Below are positions 8,067 through 16,720 of a DNA stretch of 56,004 bases, in pieces. Each line of letters starts with the position of its first letter. Position 1 is the stretch's first letter. The notes beneath the pieces are model-generated. The model was not told where the DNA came from, made no database searches, and was given only the letters and a program-made list of their open reading frames with translations. Source of the DNA: Gaiellaceae bacterium (GTDB lineage: Bacteria > Actinomycetota > Thermoleophilia > Gaiellales > Gaiellaceae); NCBI GenBank assembly GCA_035574435.1, contig DATLYU010000016.1:1-56004 (forward strand), written 5' to 3'. The translations under genes were made by a program, and so were the position numbers.

Positions 8067-9401
8067 GTGCTGAGCCTGGAGGAGCTCGAGGGCGCGGTCG
8101 AGCGCGGCGAGATCGACACGGTCGTCGTCGCCTTCACCGACATGCAGGGGCGCCTGCTGGGCAAGCGCCTGCACGGCGAGTTCTTCGTGGACGAGGTCGG
8201 TGCCGGGCACGAGGTCGAGGGCTGCAACTACCTGCTCGCCCTGGACATGGAGATGGACCCGGTCCCGGGCTACGCGATCGCGAGCTGGGAGCAGGGGTAC
8301 GGGGACTTCGGCCTCCGGCCCGACCTGCGCACGCTCCGTCGCATCCCCTGGCTCGACGCGACCGCGCTCGTGCTCTGCGACGTCGAGTGGCACGACGGCT
8401 CGCCCGTCGAGCCCTCGCCGCGGCAGGTGCTGAAGGCGCAGATGGAGCGCGCGGCGCGGCTCGGGTACGTGCCCATGGCGGGCTCGGAGCTCGAGTTCTA
8501 CCTCCTCCGCGAGACCTACCAGGAGGCCTGGGCGCAGCGCTACGAGGACCTCACGCCCTCCGTGCCCTACATCCTCGACTACCACGTCCTCGCGACCACG
8601 TACGACGAGGGCCTGATCCGCCAGATCCGGAACGGCATGCAGGGAGCCGGCATCCGCGTGGAGAGCTCCAAGGGCGAGGCCTGGCCGGGCCAGCACGAGA
8701 TCAACTTCCGCTTCGCGGACGCCCTGACGATGGCCGACCACCACGTCGTCTACAAGAACGGCGCCAAGGAGATCGCGCACCTGAACGGCTGCTCGATCAC
8801 GTTCATGGCCAAGCCGTTCGAGTCCTGGATCGGCAACTCGTGCCACATCCACTCGTCGCTCTTCCGGGACGGCGAGCCGGCGTTCCGCGACGACGACGCG
8901 CTCTTCGAGCGCTGGCTCGCCGGGCAGATCGCCTGCTTCGAGGAGCTGGCGATCTTCCTCGCGCCGACGATCAACTCGTACAAGCGCTACGCGGCGGGGA
9001 GCTGGGCGCCGACGACGCTCGCCTGGGGGCACGACAACCGCACCTGCGGCTTCCGCGTGGTCGGGCACGGCGCGTCGAGACGGGTGGAGACTCGCATCCC
9101 GGGCGGCGACGTGAACCCGTACCTCGCGTTCGCGGCCGTCATCGCCGCCGGTCTGCACGGGATCGAGCGGGAGCTCGAGCTTCCGCCGCCGCTCGAGGGC
9201 AACGCGTACGAGTCGGACGCGAAGCGCTTTCCCTCCTCGCTGCGCGAGGCGATCGCGGCGCTCGAGACGGGGACGATGGCCCGGTCAGCCTTCGGCGACC
9301 AGGTCGTGGACCACTACTTGAACTACGCCCGCACAGAGCAGGCGCTCTTCGACAAGGCCGTCACCGACTGGGAGCGCATGCGCTACTTCGAGCGCGGCTG
9401 A
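8067..9401 (+). CDS. glutamine synthetase-family gamma-glutamyl-amine ligase (GlnA4/PuuA-like; predicted gamma-glutamylethanolamide synthetase)
   Basis: 444 aa with GS beta-grasp and catalytic domains (…GSELEFYLL…, NSCHIHSSL, …RVETRIPGGDVNPYLA…). The gene context points to amines as the substrate. Confidence 0.75.
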   Translation: MLSLEELEGAVERGEIDTVVVAFTDMQGRLLGKRLHGEFFVDEVGAGHEVEGCNYLLALDMEMDPVPGYAIASWEQGYGDFGLRPDLRTLRRIPWLDATALVLCDVEWHDGSPVEPSPRQVLKAQMERAARLGYVPMAGSELEFYLLRETYQEAWAQRYEDLTPSVPYILDYHVLATTYDEGLIRQIRNGMQGAGIRVESSKGEAWPGQHEINFRFADALTMADHHVVYKNGAKEIAHLNGCSITFMAKPFESWIGNSCHIHSSLFRDGEPAFRDDDALFERWLAGQIACFEELAIFLAPTINSYKRYAAGSWAPTTLAWGHDNRTCGFRVVGHGASRRVETRIPGGDVNPYLAFAAVIAAGLHGIERELELPPPLEGNAYESDAKRFPSSLREAIAALETGTMARSAFGDQVVDHYLNYARTEQALFDKAVTDWERMRYFERG

Positions 9402-9457
9402 GCGCGGCCAGCCCCGAGCCGGTGGACGCGAGGCCCACCGGTCCTGGGGCCGCGGCG

Positions 9458-9871
9458 TCAGTGGACGACGAGGACGTCGACCGGCGCGCGGTGCACGACC
9501 TCGTCCGTGGGGCTCGCGCCGAGCAGCCGCGACAGGGCACCGCCTTCGTGCGCGCCGATCACGATGAGGTCGACCTCCTTCTCGGCGGCGAGGTCGAGGA
9601 TCGCGTGCGCGGGGTCGCCCACCGCAGTAACGATCTCGACGTCGGCGACGCCGAGCTCGGCCAGGCGCGCCCGCGCGTCGAGCAGCTCCTGCTCGTGGCG
9701 GCTCGGCGGGTCGGCGGGGTCGTACGGCCCGACGCCGCGCGCGACCTGCAGCACCGGCGCGACGCTCGTCGCGATCACCTTCGCGTGGAAGACCCTGGCC
9801 AGCTCGGCCGCCCGCTCGAGCACGCGCGGCGAGACCGGTCGCTCTTCATAGGCCACGAGGATTCGCTTCAT
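9458..9871 (-). CDS. universal stress protein (UspA family)
   Basis: Start set at MKRILVAY with SD aaaggagga. C-terminal G-x2-G-x9-G(S/T)-like motif GAHEGGALSRLLGASPTDEVV. Sits antisense inside the operon. Confidence 0.8.
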   Translation of the reverse strand: MKRILVAYEERPVSPRVLERAAELARVFHAKVIATSVAPVLQVARGVGPYDPADPPSRHEQELLDARARLAELGVADVEIVTAVGDPAHAILDLAAEKEVDLIVIGAHEGGALSRLLGASPTDEVVHRAPVDVLVVH

Positions 9872-9969
9872 CGGGTTCCTCCTTTCCACGTGCAGGGTGG
9901 CGCGCGCGGCCGGCGAGGGCATCCGGGATCGCCGGCGAAGCGGATGCGGGAAGCTACGGACCCGGTAGC

Positions 9970-10704
9970 GTGCTCTTCGTGGCCGCCAGGCCGGTGATCG
10001 GCATCACGACGTACGCCCAGGAGGCGAGCTGGGGCGTGTGGCGCCTGCCGGCGGCGCTGATCCCGCTCGACTACGTGGATGCGGTCGAGCGAGCGGGCGG
10101 CCGCCCGCTGCTCGTCCCGCCGAGCGAGGAGGGGGTCGAGGAGACGCTGGACGCGCTCGACGCGATCGTCTTCTCCGGCGGCGCCGACGTCGACCCCGCG
10201 CTCTACGGGGCCGACCGGCATCCCGAGACGGACCCGGCGCAGGAGCGCCGCGACGCGGGCGAGCTCGCGCTCTTGCGCGCGGCGCTCGAGCGCGACCTAC
10301 CGGTGCTCGCCGTGTGCCGCGGCGTGCAGCTCCTGAATGTCGCTCGCGGCGGCGACCTCGTCCAGCACCTTCCCGAGCAAGTCGGCAACGACGTGCACAA
10401 GCACGTGCCGGGCACGTTCGCCGAGCATCCGGTCGAGGTGCGGGCCGGCACGCGGCTGGCCGCGCTCGTCGGCGAGCGGAGCGACGTGACCTCGCACCAC
10501 CACCAGGCGCTCGGCCGGCTGGGGGAGGGGCTCGTGGAGGCGGCGTGGGCGGAGGACGGGACGCTGGAGGCGGTGGAGGACCCGGCGCGGCGCTTCCTCG
10601 TCGGCGTCCAGTGGCATCCGGAGGCGGGAGAGGACGACGCGCTCTTCCGCGGGCTGGTGGAGCAGGCGCGGGCCTACCGCGCTGCGCGAGAATCGCGCGC
10701 GTGA
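9970..10704 (+). CDS. gamma-glutamyl-amide hydrolase (class I glutamine amidotransferase, peptidase C26, PuuD-like)
   Basis: Nucleophile elbow AVCRGVQLLN, then HHQAL and VQWHPE. A GTG at 9979 is an alternative start. Confidence 0.8.
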   Translation: MLFVAARPVIGITTYAQEASWGVWRLPAALIPLDYVDAVERAGGRPLLVPPSEEGVEETLDALDAIVFSGGADVDPALYGADRHPETDPAQERRDAGELALLRAALERDLPVLAVCRGVQLLNVARGGDLVQHLPEQVGNDVHKHVPGTFAEHPVEVRAGTRLAALVGERSDVTSHHHQALGRLGEGLVEAAWAEDGTLEAVEDPARRFLVGVQWHPEAGEDDALFRGLVEQARAYRAARESRA

Positions 10705-12053
10705 CGCTGACCGTTCTCAACCCGGCGACCGAGGAGCCGATCGCGGAGCTCGAGCAGGCGGGCGTCGAGGAGACGGACGAGGCGGTCGCGCGGGCGCAGG
10801 AGGCGTTCCCCGCCTGGTGCGCCGTCACGCCCGAGAACCGCGCCCGGCTGCTCCGGCGGCTCGCGACGCTCGTCGAGGAGCACGCGGAGGAGCTCGCCCG
10901 CATCGAGTCGCGCAACGTGGGCAAGCCGATCGCCGGCGCGCGCGCCGAGGTGGCCATGGTCGCCCGCGTCTTCCACTTCTACGCGGGTGCCATCGACAAG
11001 CACTACGGCGAGACAATCCCCGTCGCCGGCGGCGTGGCGGTCACGTTCCGCGAGCCGCTCGGCGTCGTCGGCCTCATCGTGCCCTGGAACTTCCCGCTCA
11101 ACATCGCGAGCTGGAAGCTCGGCCCCGCGCTCGCGTGCGGGAACACCGTCGTCCTCAAGCCGGCCGAGCTGACGCCGCTCTCGGCGCTCCGGCTCGCCGA
11201 GCTCGCCCTGGAGGCCGGGATCCCGGAGGGAGTCGTCAACGTCCTCGTCGGCAAGGGCTCCGTCGTCGGGCAGCGGCTGATCGAGCATCCGGACGTGGCG
11301 AAGATCGGCTTCACGGGCTCGACCGAGGTCGGCCGGCTCGTGATGCAGGGCGCCGCGGAGACGATCAAGCGCGTCACCCTGGAGCTGGGCGGGAAGTCGG
11401 CGAACGTCGTCTTCGCGGACGCCGACCTCGAGCGCGCGGCCGCGGCCGCTCCGTACGCCGTCTTCGACAACGCGGGCCAGGACTGCTGCGCGCGCTCGCG
11501 CATCCTGGTCGAGCGCTCGGTGTACGACCGCTTCCTGGAGCTGCTCGTCGAGGCGACCAAGCGCGTGCGGGTCGGGGACCCGGCCGACGAGGCGACCGAG
11601 ATGGGCCCGCTCATCTCCGCCCAGCAGCGGGAGAGAGTCGCGTCCTTCGTCGACGGCGAGCCGGCGTTCCGCGGCGACGTCCCGGATGGTCCCGGATTCT
11701 GGTTCCCGTGCACGATCGTCGAGGCGACGAACGAGGATCGCGTCGCCCGGGAGGAGGTGTTCGGTCCGGTGGCCGCCGTCATCCCGTTCGCGGACGAGGC
11801 GGACGCCGTCCGGATCGCGAACGACACGCCGTACGGGCTCTCGGGCTCCATCTGGACGCGCGACGCGGCGCGGGCGCTGCGCATGGCGCGCGCGATCGAG
11901 TCGGGCGTGCTGTCGGTGAACGCGAACACGTCCGTGCGCGTGCAGACGCCGTTCGGCGGGTTCAAGCAGTCCGGGTTCGGGCGCGAGCTGGGGATGCACG
12001 CGCTCGACGGCTACTCGGAGGTCAAGAGCGTGTTCGTCTCCACGGAGGGCTGA
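10701..12053 (+). CDS. NAD(P)-dependent aldehyde dehydrogenase
   Basis: GTGA overlap with the upstream stop. Motifs VPWNFPL, ELGGKSA and catalytic Cys in GQDCCARSR. Confidence 0.9.
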   Translation: MTLTVLNPATEEPIAELEQAGVEETDEAVARAQEAFPAWCAVTPENRARLLRRLATLVEEHAEELARIESRNVGKPIAGARAEVAMVARVFHFYAGAIDKHYGETIPVAGGVAVTFREPLGVVGLIVPWNFPLNIASWKLGPALACGNTVVLKPAELTPLSALRLAELALEAGIPEGVVNVLVGKGSVVGQRLIEHPDVAKIGFTGSTEVGRLVMQGAAETIKRVTLELGGKSANVVFADADLERAAAAAPYAVFDNAGQDCCARSRILVERSVYDRFLELLVEATKRVRVGDPADEATEMGPLISAQQRERVASFVDGEPAFRGDVPDGPGFWFPCTIVEATNEDRVAREEVFGPVAAVIPFADEADAVRIANDTPYGLSGSIWTRDAARALRMARAIESGVLSVNANTSVRVQTPFGGFKQSGFGRELGMHALDGYSEVKSVFVSTEG

Positions 12054-12055
12054 GC

Positions 12056-12829
12056 ATGGGCAGGCTGGACGGGAAGGTGTGCGTGATCACCGGCGCGGGC
12101 GGCGGCATGGGGCGCGAGGCCGCCTTGGTCTTCACCGGCGAGGGTGCGAGGGTGTGCGTGGCCGATGTGGACGAGGCCGCGGCGCAGGAGACGGTCTCCC
12201 TGTGCCCGGCGGGCTCCGCCTTCGCGGTGCGGGTGAACGTCGCGGACGAGGACGAGGTGAGCGGGATGTACGCGGCCACCGCCGAGCGCTTCGGCGGGAT
12301 CGAGGTCCTCTACAACAACGCGGGCATCTCGCCGGCCGACGACGGCTCCGTGCTGGAGACGAGCGTCGAGGCCTGGCAGCGGGTGCAGGACGTGAACACG
12401 AAGGGCGTGTTCCTGTGCTGCAAGCACGGCATCCCGTACCTGCTCGAGCGCGGCGGCGGCTCGGTGATCAACGTCGCCTCGTTCGTCGCCATCCTCGGGG
12501 CGGCGACGTCGCAGATCTCGTACACGGCCTCGAAGGGCGCGGTGCTCTCGATGAGCCGCGAGCTCGCGGTGCAGTTCGCCCGCCAGGGCGTCCGCGTGAA
12601 CGCCCTCTGCCCCGGCCCGGTGGAGACGCCGCTCCTGCTCGCCATCTACGGCGACGACCCGGCCGCGTTCGCGCGGCGGCAGGTGCACTGGCCGACGGGC
12701 CGGCTCGGCAAGCCGCGCGAGATCGTGAACGCGGCCCTCTTCCTCGCGAGCGACGAGTCGTCGTTCGTGACCGGCGCTGCCTTCGTCGTGGACGGCGGCA
12801 TCACCGCCGCCTACGTCACCCCCGAATGA
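12056..12829 (+). CDS. short-chain dehydrogenase/reductase (SDR)
   Basis: TGAGGGMG, NNAG, YTASK, and a C-terminal VDGG. Confidence 0.9.
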   Translation: MGRLDGKVCVITGAGGGMGREAALVFTGEGARVCVADVDEAAAQETVSLCPAGSAFAVRVNVADEDEVSGMYAATAERFGGIEVLYNNAGISPADDGSVLETSVEAWQRVQDVNTKGVFLCCKHGIPYLLERGGGSVINVASFVAILGAATSQISYTASKGAVLSMSRELAVQFARQGVRVNALCPGPVETPLLLAIYGDDPAAFARRQVHWPTGRLGKPREIVNAALFLASDESSFVTGAAFVVDGGITAAYVTPE

Positions 12830-13020
12830 AGCTCGAGCGCGTCCGCGAGAACGTCTTCCAGCTCACCGCCACGAGCCAGGAGCTGAGCGCGTTGATCGCG
12901 GCGGCGCGCATGGCGCGTGACGCCCTCCTCGACGACCAGCGCGCGCCGCAAGATGCGCTCGCGCTCCTGGAGCGCGTCCTGGCCGAGTACGACCGGGCGC
13001 TCGGGCGCGAGAAGACGTAG
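12826..13020 (+). CDS. small hypothetical protein (64 aa), translationally coupled to the SDR
   Basis: ATGA overlap at 12826-12829. Helical-looking sequence MKLERVRENVFQLTATSQELSALIAAARMARDAL…. Confidence 0.45.
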   Translation: MKLERVRENVFQLTATSQELSALIAAARMARDALLDDQRAPQDALALLERVLAEYDRALGREKT

Positions 13021-13021
13021 A

Positions 13022-13044
13022 GAGCGGGCGCCCGGCGCCCGCTC
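13022..13044. terminator. bidirectional terminator-like hairpin (GAGCGGGCGC-ccg-GCGCCCGCTC)
   Basis: Perfect 10-bp stem lying between convergent genes that end at 13020 and 13072. Confidence 0.55.
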
Positions 13045-13071
13045 AGCTCGCCCGCCCGCGCGGCGGCCGCC

Positions 13072-13467
13072 CTAGGCGGTGACCGCCATCTGCGACCGCA
13101 CGTGCTGCGCGATCTGGTCGAACTCCCGCTTGAAGCGGTCGTAGTCGAAGGCGCGCGCGTTGAGGTACGTGCTCCAGCCCATCGTGTTCTTGGCCACGAG
13201 GGCGGCCTCGTTGATCTCCTCGTCCGTCGCGCCCCAGAGGCGCGCCGCCTCCGTGTGGTAGTAGACGCAGTACCGGCAGCGGGTCGCCCCGGAGACGCCG
13301 AGCCCGATCAGCTCTTTGTACTTGTTCGGGATCGCCGTCTCCGAGAGCATCAGCGACTTGAAGCTGGCCCACTCGGTCTCGATCAGGCGATCCGGCACCT
13401 CCGCGATGAACTCGGGGACGAGCCCCAGGGTCTCACGGATGTCGGCCTCGACTTCCGCTCTCGTCAT
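13072..13467 (-). CDS. carboxymuconolactone decarboxylase / AhpD-like family protein
   Basis: Start at MTRAEV with SD aaaggagga. CxxC motif in ATRCRYCVYYH. Confidence 0.75.
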   Translation of the reverse strand: MTRAEVEADIRETLGLVPEFIAEVPDRLIETEWASFKSLMLSETAIPNKYKELIGLGVSGATRCRYCVYYHTEAARLWGATDEEINEAALVAKNTMGWSTYLNARAFDYDRFKREFDQIAQHVRSQMAVTA

Positions 13468-13560
13468 GGTCTCCTCCTTTCGGAACCCGGAAAAGACGCA
13501 ACCGCGAGCGGGCAATACCGATAATAACAAGGTTGCCGTTTGGAATGCCGTCCGGAGGGC

Positions 13561-13755
13561 ATGCGTTACTCAGTGCTCATGTGCGTCCGCTGCAGCCGCG
13601 CCCATGCCCCCGAGCCGCTCGGGCTGTGCGCGCCGTGCGCGATGCACACGCGCGTCGAGGTGGTGGACGGCCTCAAACGCCTGGCGCGCTACCTCGCCGC
13701 CTGGGCGGCGTTCGAGGAGTGGCTGGCCGAGCGCGGTGCTCCGGGCCCCGCCTGA
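13561..13755 (+). CDS. small Cys-rich (CxxC…CxxC, zinc-ribbon-like) hypothetical protein
   Basis: MRYSVLMCVRCSRAHAPEPLGLCAPCAMH… followed by a helical tail. TTG 13540 (the ORF-track start) is an alternative. An AT-rich GATAAT lies at 13520-13525. Confidence 0.4.
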   Translation: MRYSVLMCVRCSRAHAPEPLGLCAPCAMHTRVEVVDGLKRLARYLAAWAAFEEWLAERGAPGPA

Positions 13756-13761
13756 GCGGGC

Positions 13762-14214
13762 TCAGACGCCGACGACCTGCACGAGCCAGCGCCGGTCGCG
13801 CTCGCGGTCGAGCTCGAGGAAGAGGATGCGCTGCCACTGGCCGAGCTGCAGCTCGCCCTCGCGCACCGGGATGGACTCGCCGGCTGGGCCGAGGAGCATG
13901 GACATGCAGTGCGCGTGGCCGTTGCCGATCTCCATGTCCTCCTCGCACACGTTCTCGGTCCGGCGGTCCCAGTCGTCGTGGGCGTAGTAGTGCTCGGTGG
14001 GGACGAGCCGCTTGAGGAGGACCGCGAAGTCCTCGAGGAAGCCGCGCTCCCACTCGTTCACGCGCACCTGGCAGGTGGTGTGCGGCGAGTAGACGCAGCA
14101 GATCCCGTCGCGGATCCCGCTCTGCGTGACGGCGTCCTGCACCTGGTCGGTGATGTCCGTGACCGTGAGCCCGCCGGCGGTGCGAAGGTGCGCCTCGTAC
14201 TGGAACGTCTTCAC
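13762..14214 (-). CDS. YjbQ/UPF0047 family protein (secondary thiamine-phosphate synthase-like)
   Basis: 150 aa. GICCVYSPHTTCQVRVNE and GNGHAHCMSMLLG are typical of the family. Confidence 0.75.
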   Translation of the reverse strand: MKTFQYEAHLRTAGGLTVTDITDQVQDAVTQSGIRDGICCVYSPHTTCQVRVNEWERGFLEDFAVLLKRLVPTEHYYAHDDWDRRTENVCEEDMEIGNGHAHCMSMLLGPAGESIPVREGELQLGQWQRILFLELDRERDRRWLVQVVGV

Positions 14215-14294
14215 GCCGCCCCCATTGTGTCAGGAGCCGCGCCGCCCGGCCCGGCGCAACCGGCGCCCGGGAGGTCGAGTACCCTCGAGGTGGC

Positions 14295-14368
14295 GGGCCC
14301 GTAGCTCAGCTGGTCAGAGCAGCCGACTCATAATCGGTTGGTCCCTGGTTCGAGTCCAGGCGGGCCCA
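14295..14368 (+). tRNA. tRNA-Met (anticodon CAT); could alternatively be lysidine-modified tRNA-Ile2
   Basis: Hand-folded cloverleaf: acceptor GGGCCCG/CGGGCCC, D arm GCTC-AGCTGGTCA-GAGC, anticodon arm GCCGA-CTCATAA-TCGGT, T arm CCTGG-TTCGAGT-CCAGG, discriminator A. The G1:C72 pair rules out an initiator. CCA is not encoded. Confidence 0.9.
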
Positions 14369-14401
14369 TCCTGAGCCGCGCGGAGTGAACGCCAGACTCG
14401 C

Positions 14402-16066
14402 TTACCTGGCCTGCGCGTCGGGGTCGGGGAGACCCAGCCGCTGTGCGACAACCCGCTCGGCCGCCGCCGCCGCCGCCGGGCCGGCAAGCGCCGCCAGGAA
14501 GACGGGGGCGGCGATCGCGTAGCCCGAGGTCGCCGTTCGGGCGGTCACCGTCGCCGTCCGGGCCACGCTGCGGACGAGCGCGATCTCGCCGACGCCGTCG
14601 CCCGGTCCGCACGTTCGCAGCAGGACGCCCTCATCGACCACGTCGACCTCACCGGTCGCGATCAGGACGTAGCGGTCGCCGCGCTCCCCCTTGCGCATGA
14701 GCACCTCCCCCTGCTCGAAGGAGACGGGCTCGAGCCCCTCGGCGAGTCGGTCGAGCGCGGTGAGCGGGAGCGGGGCGAAGAGCGGGTTCGAGCGCAGCAG
14801 CGAGAGGAGGTCGCCGCCGAGCGCACCGCTCGTCGCACGGGTGGCGATGGGGCGCCAGGTCAGCAGGGCGAGCGCCGGCAGGAGCGCTCCCGCGAGCATG
14901 AGCGCTCCGCGCGTGCCGACGAGGGCCGCGAGGGCGGGAGCGGCGAGGCTCCCGAGCAGGAGGGCGATGCCGAGGAGACCTTCGAAGAGCCCGAAGACGG
15001 CCACGCGATCCTCGTTGCGGATGCCGCGCTGCAGCAGCGTGAAGCCGGCCACGTCGAGGACGGCGTTGCTCACGCCGGTCAGGAAGAGCAGGCCGAGCGC
15101 GAGCGCCGCGACCGGTACGGCACCCAGTGCCACGAGGGGGAGTCCCCACCCGGCGAGCGCGAGGGCGTACACGAGCGGCAGGCGTCCGCCGCCGACGAGC
15201 GCGAGCGCGCCGAGCGCCCCGACGAGGCCGCCCAGCCCCAGCGCAGCGTTCAGCAGGCCCACGCCCGCCTTGCCCATATCCAAGAGCTCGATCGCCGCGA
15301 CCACGAGCAGCGTCGTCAGCAGCCCGCGGACGAAGATCTGCGCGAGGAAGTCGCCCACGACCAGGGTCGCGGCTCGGTACCGGACGAGCTTTCGCACCGC
15401 GTCCACGGGTCGGAAGGAGGAAGCGCCGCCGGGCGCAGCGCGCCCGCCGCGCGCGTCGTCCTCGCGCTCGAACCGAACTCCCGTCGCGGCTGCGGCCGCG
15501 ACGCCGAACGTCGCCGCCGCCAGCATGCTGGTGGGAACCGAGCCGGTCCACGAGATGAGGGCTCCGGACACGAGAGGCCCGACGAAGGTGCCGATCCCCT
15601 CTCCGGTGCTCGACGCGACGTTCGCGGCCACGAGCTCGCCCGGCGTGCGCGCGAGGGCGGGGAGGAGCGCCGTCTGGATCGGCCGGACGAGCGAGCCGGC
15701 CCCGGCGACGAGCGCGGCCAGCGTGTACACGATGGCGAGCGGCAGGTCGGCCGCCACGACGGCTGCGGTCGCGACCGCACCTGCAGCGCGCACGACGTTG
15801 ATGCCCGTCAACACGCCGTCGCCGCGGAAGCGCTCCACGAGCGCCGGCGCGAACGGCGCCGCGACGATCCCGGGCAGCAGGCGCAGCCCGCCGAGCAGGC
15901 CGACCGCGAGCGCCCCGCCCTCGTCGTACGCGACGACGAGGAGCACGACGAGGAACGCCCAGTCGGCCGCCGTCCCGATCGCCCACGCGGCCTCCACCCG
16001 GCGCAGGGCGCGATTCCCGAGGACCTCGCGGACGGCCGTGGCCGAAGCGGTGAGCGTGCCGATCAC
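14402..16066 (-). CDS. MFS transporter fused to a C-terminal cyclic-nucleotide-binding domain
   Basis: About 12 TM helices followed by a cNMP-binding module (…[27 protein letters not shown]…[23 protein letters not shown]). Confidence 0.8.
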   Translation of the reverse strand: MIGTLTASATAVREVLGNRALRRVEAAWAIGTAADWAFLVVLLVVAYDEGGALAVGLLGGLRLLPGIVAAPFAPALVERFRGDGVLTGINVVRAAGAVATAAVVAADLPLAIVYTLAALVAGAGSLVRPIQTALLPALARTPGELVAANVASSTGEGIGTFVGPLVSGALISWTGSVPTSMLAAATFGVAAAAATGVRFEREDDARGGRAAPGGASSFRPVDAVRKLVRYRAATLVVGDFLAQIFVRGLLTTLLVVAAIELLDMGKAGVGLLNAALGLGGLVGALGALALVGGGRLPLVYALALAGWGLPLVALGAVPVAALALGLLFLTGVSNAVLDVAGFTLLQRGIRNEDRVAVFGLFEGLLGIALLLGSLAAPALAALVGTRGALMLAGALLPALALLTWRPIATRATSGALGGDLLSLLRSNPLFAPLPLTALDRLAEGLEPVSFEQGEVLMRKGERGDRYVLIATGEVDVVDEGVLLRTCGPGDGVGEIALVRSVARTATVTARTATSGYAIAAPVFLAALAGPAAAAAAERVVAQRLGLPDPDAQAR

Positions 16067-16219
16067 GCCACGGCATCATCCACCCTCATCGCAGCGTCGC
16101 CTAACCCGGCCCGGGGCGGGACGACGAGCGAGGACGCGGGAAGTCCTCGTCCTCCGAGGCGCGACGCAGGAGAGCCACGCGGAGGCTGCCTACGCGCGCG
16201 AGCGCGCGTCGGGCTCGCG

Positions 16220-16384
16220 CTAGTACCAGCGGCCCTTCGCGAAGCCGCCGAACGCGACCAGCCCGACGAGCGCCACGATCACGCCGATCACGACGCTCCA
16301 GAAGAGCGCGATCACGATCCCCGCGATGACGAGCGCGCCGCCGAGCGTGAGGCCGCCGATCCCGCGATCCGTTCCGTTCGCCAT
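16220..16384 (-). CDS. 54-aa membrane mini-protein (below the ORF-track length cut-off)
   Basis: Hand translation: [67 protein letters not shown] lies 3 nt before the ATG. Two hydrophobic helices and high GC3. Confidence 0.55.
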   Translation of the reverse strand: MANGTDRGIGGLTLGGALVIAGIVIALFWSVVIGVIVALVGLVAFGGFAKGRWY

Positions 16385-16708
16385 CTCTCCCTCCTTCGGG
16401 GCCGACGCCGCCGGACGGCGGCTGGCGCGTTCCTACCCATCGAGCCGGGGGGTCGAAACGCGGACAGCACAAGGGGCCCGGGTGGGCGGGCCCCTTGCAA
16501 GGGCGGCGCAACTTCGGGGCCAGGCGGATCCGCCTGCGGGGAGAGGAGTCGCGCCGGTAGCCGGTATCTCTCGCACATCGTGCGGACGGATGCGAGGTTC
16601 TCCAGGAAGTTTCCACATGTTGAAATTCGCAAATTCGGGAAAGTCCGTGCCGTTCGTCCACAGTGCCTGGGGAAAGGGCTGGAGGGCCTGAGGAAGCCGC
16701 CGCACGGC

Positions 16709-16714
16709 TACACT
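16709..16714 (+). promoter_or_regulatory. -10-like TACACT, 6 nt before the pdxS GTG (leaderless-type)
   Basis: TACACT-ccgccc-GTG(16721). Confidence 0.4.
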
Positions 16715-16720
16715 CCGCCC

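Noticed and set aside
13533-14015. 160-aa + strand ORF starting at a TTG that sits the right distance after the GATAAT hexamer.
   Set aside because: Its translation is Arg/Gly/Ala-rich and it is antisense to the well-supported YjbQ gene. The neighbouring frame gives a sensible Cys-rich small protein instead.
14328-14612. 94-aa minus-strand ORF overlapping the tRNA-Met and the 3' end of the MFS-cNMP gene.
   Set aside because: It overlaps a well-folded tRNA, and its composition is Arg/Gly/Pro-rich.
16385-16720. A PLP-responsive riboswitch or known sRNA (6C, 6S) in the pdxS upstream region.
   Set aside because: I recognise no consensus for a known family. The TACACT-N6-GTG arrangement suggests that pdxS may have no leader at all. 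The structures are reported only as unexplained hairpins.
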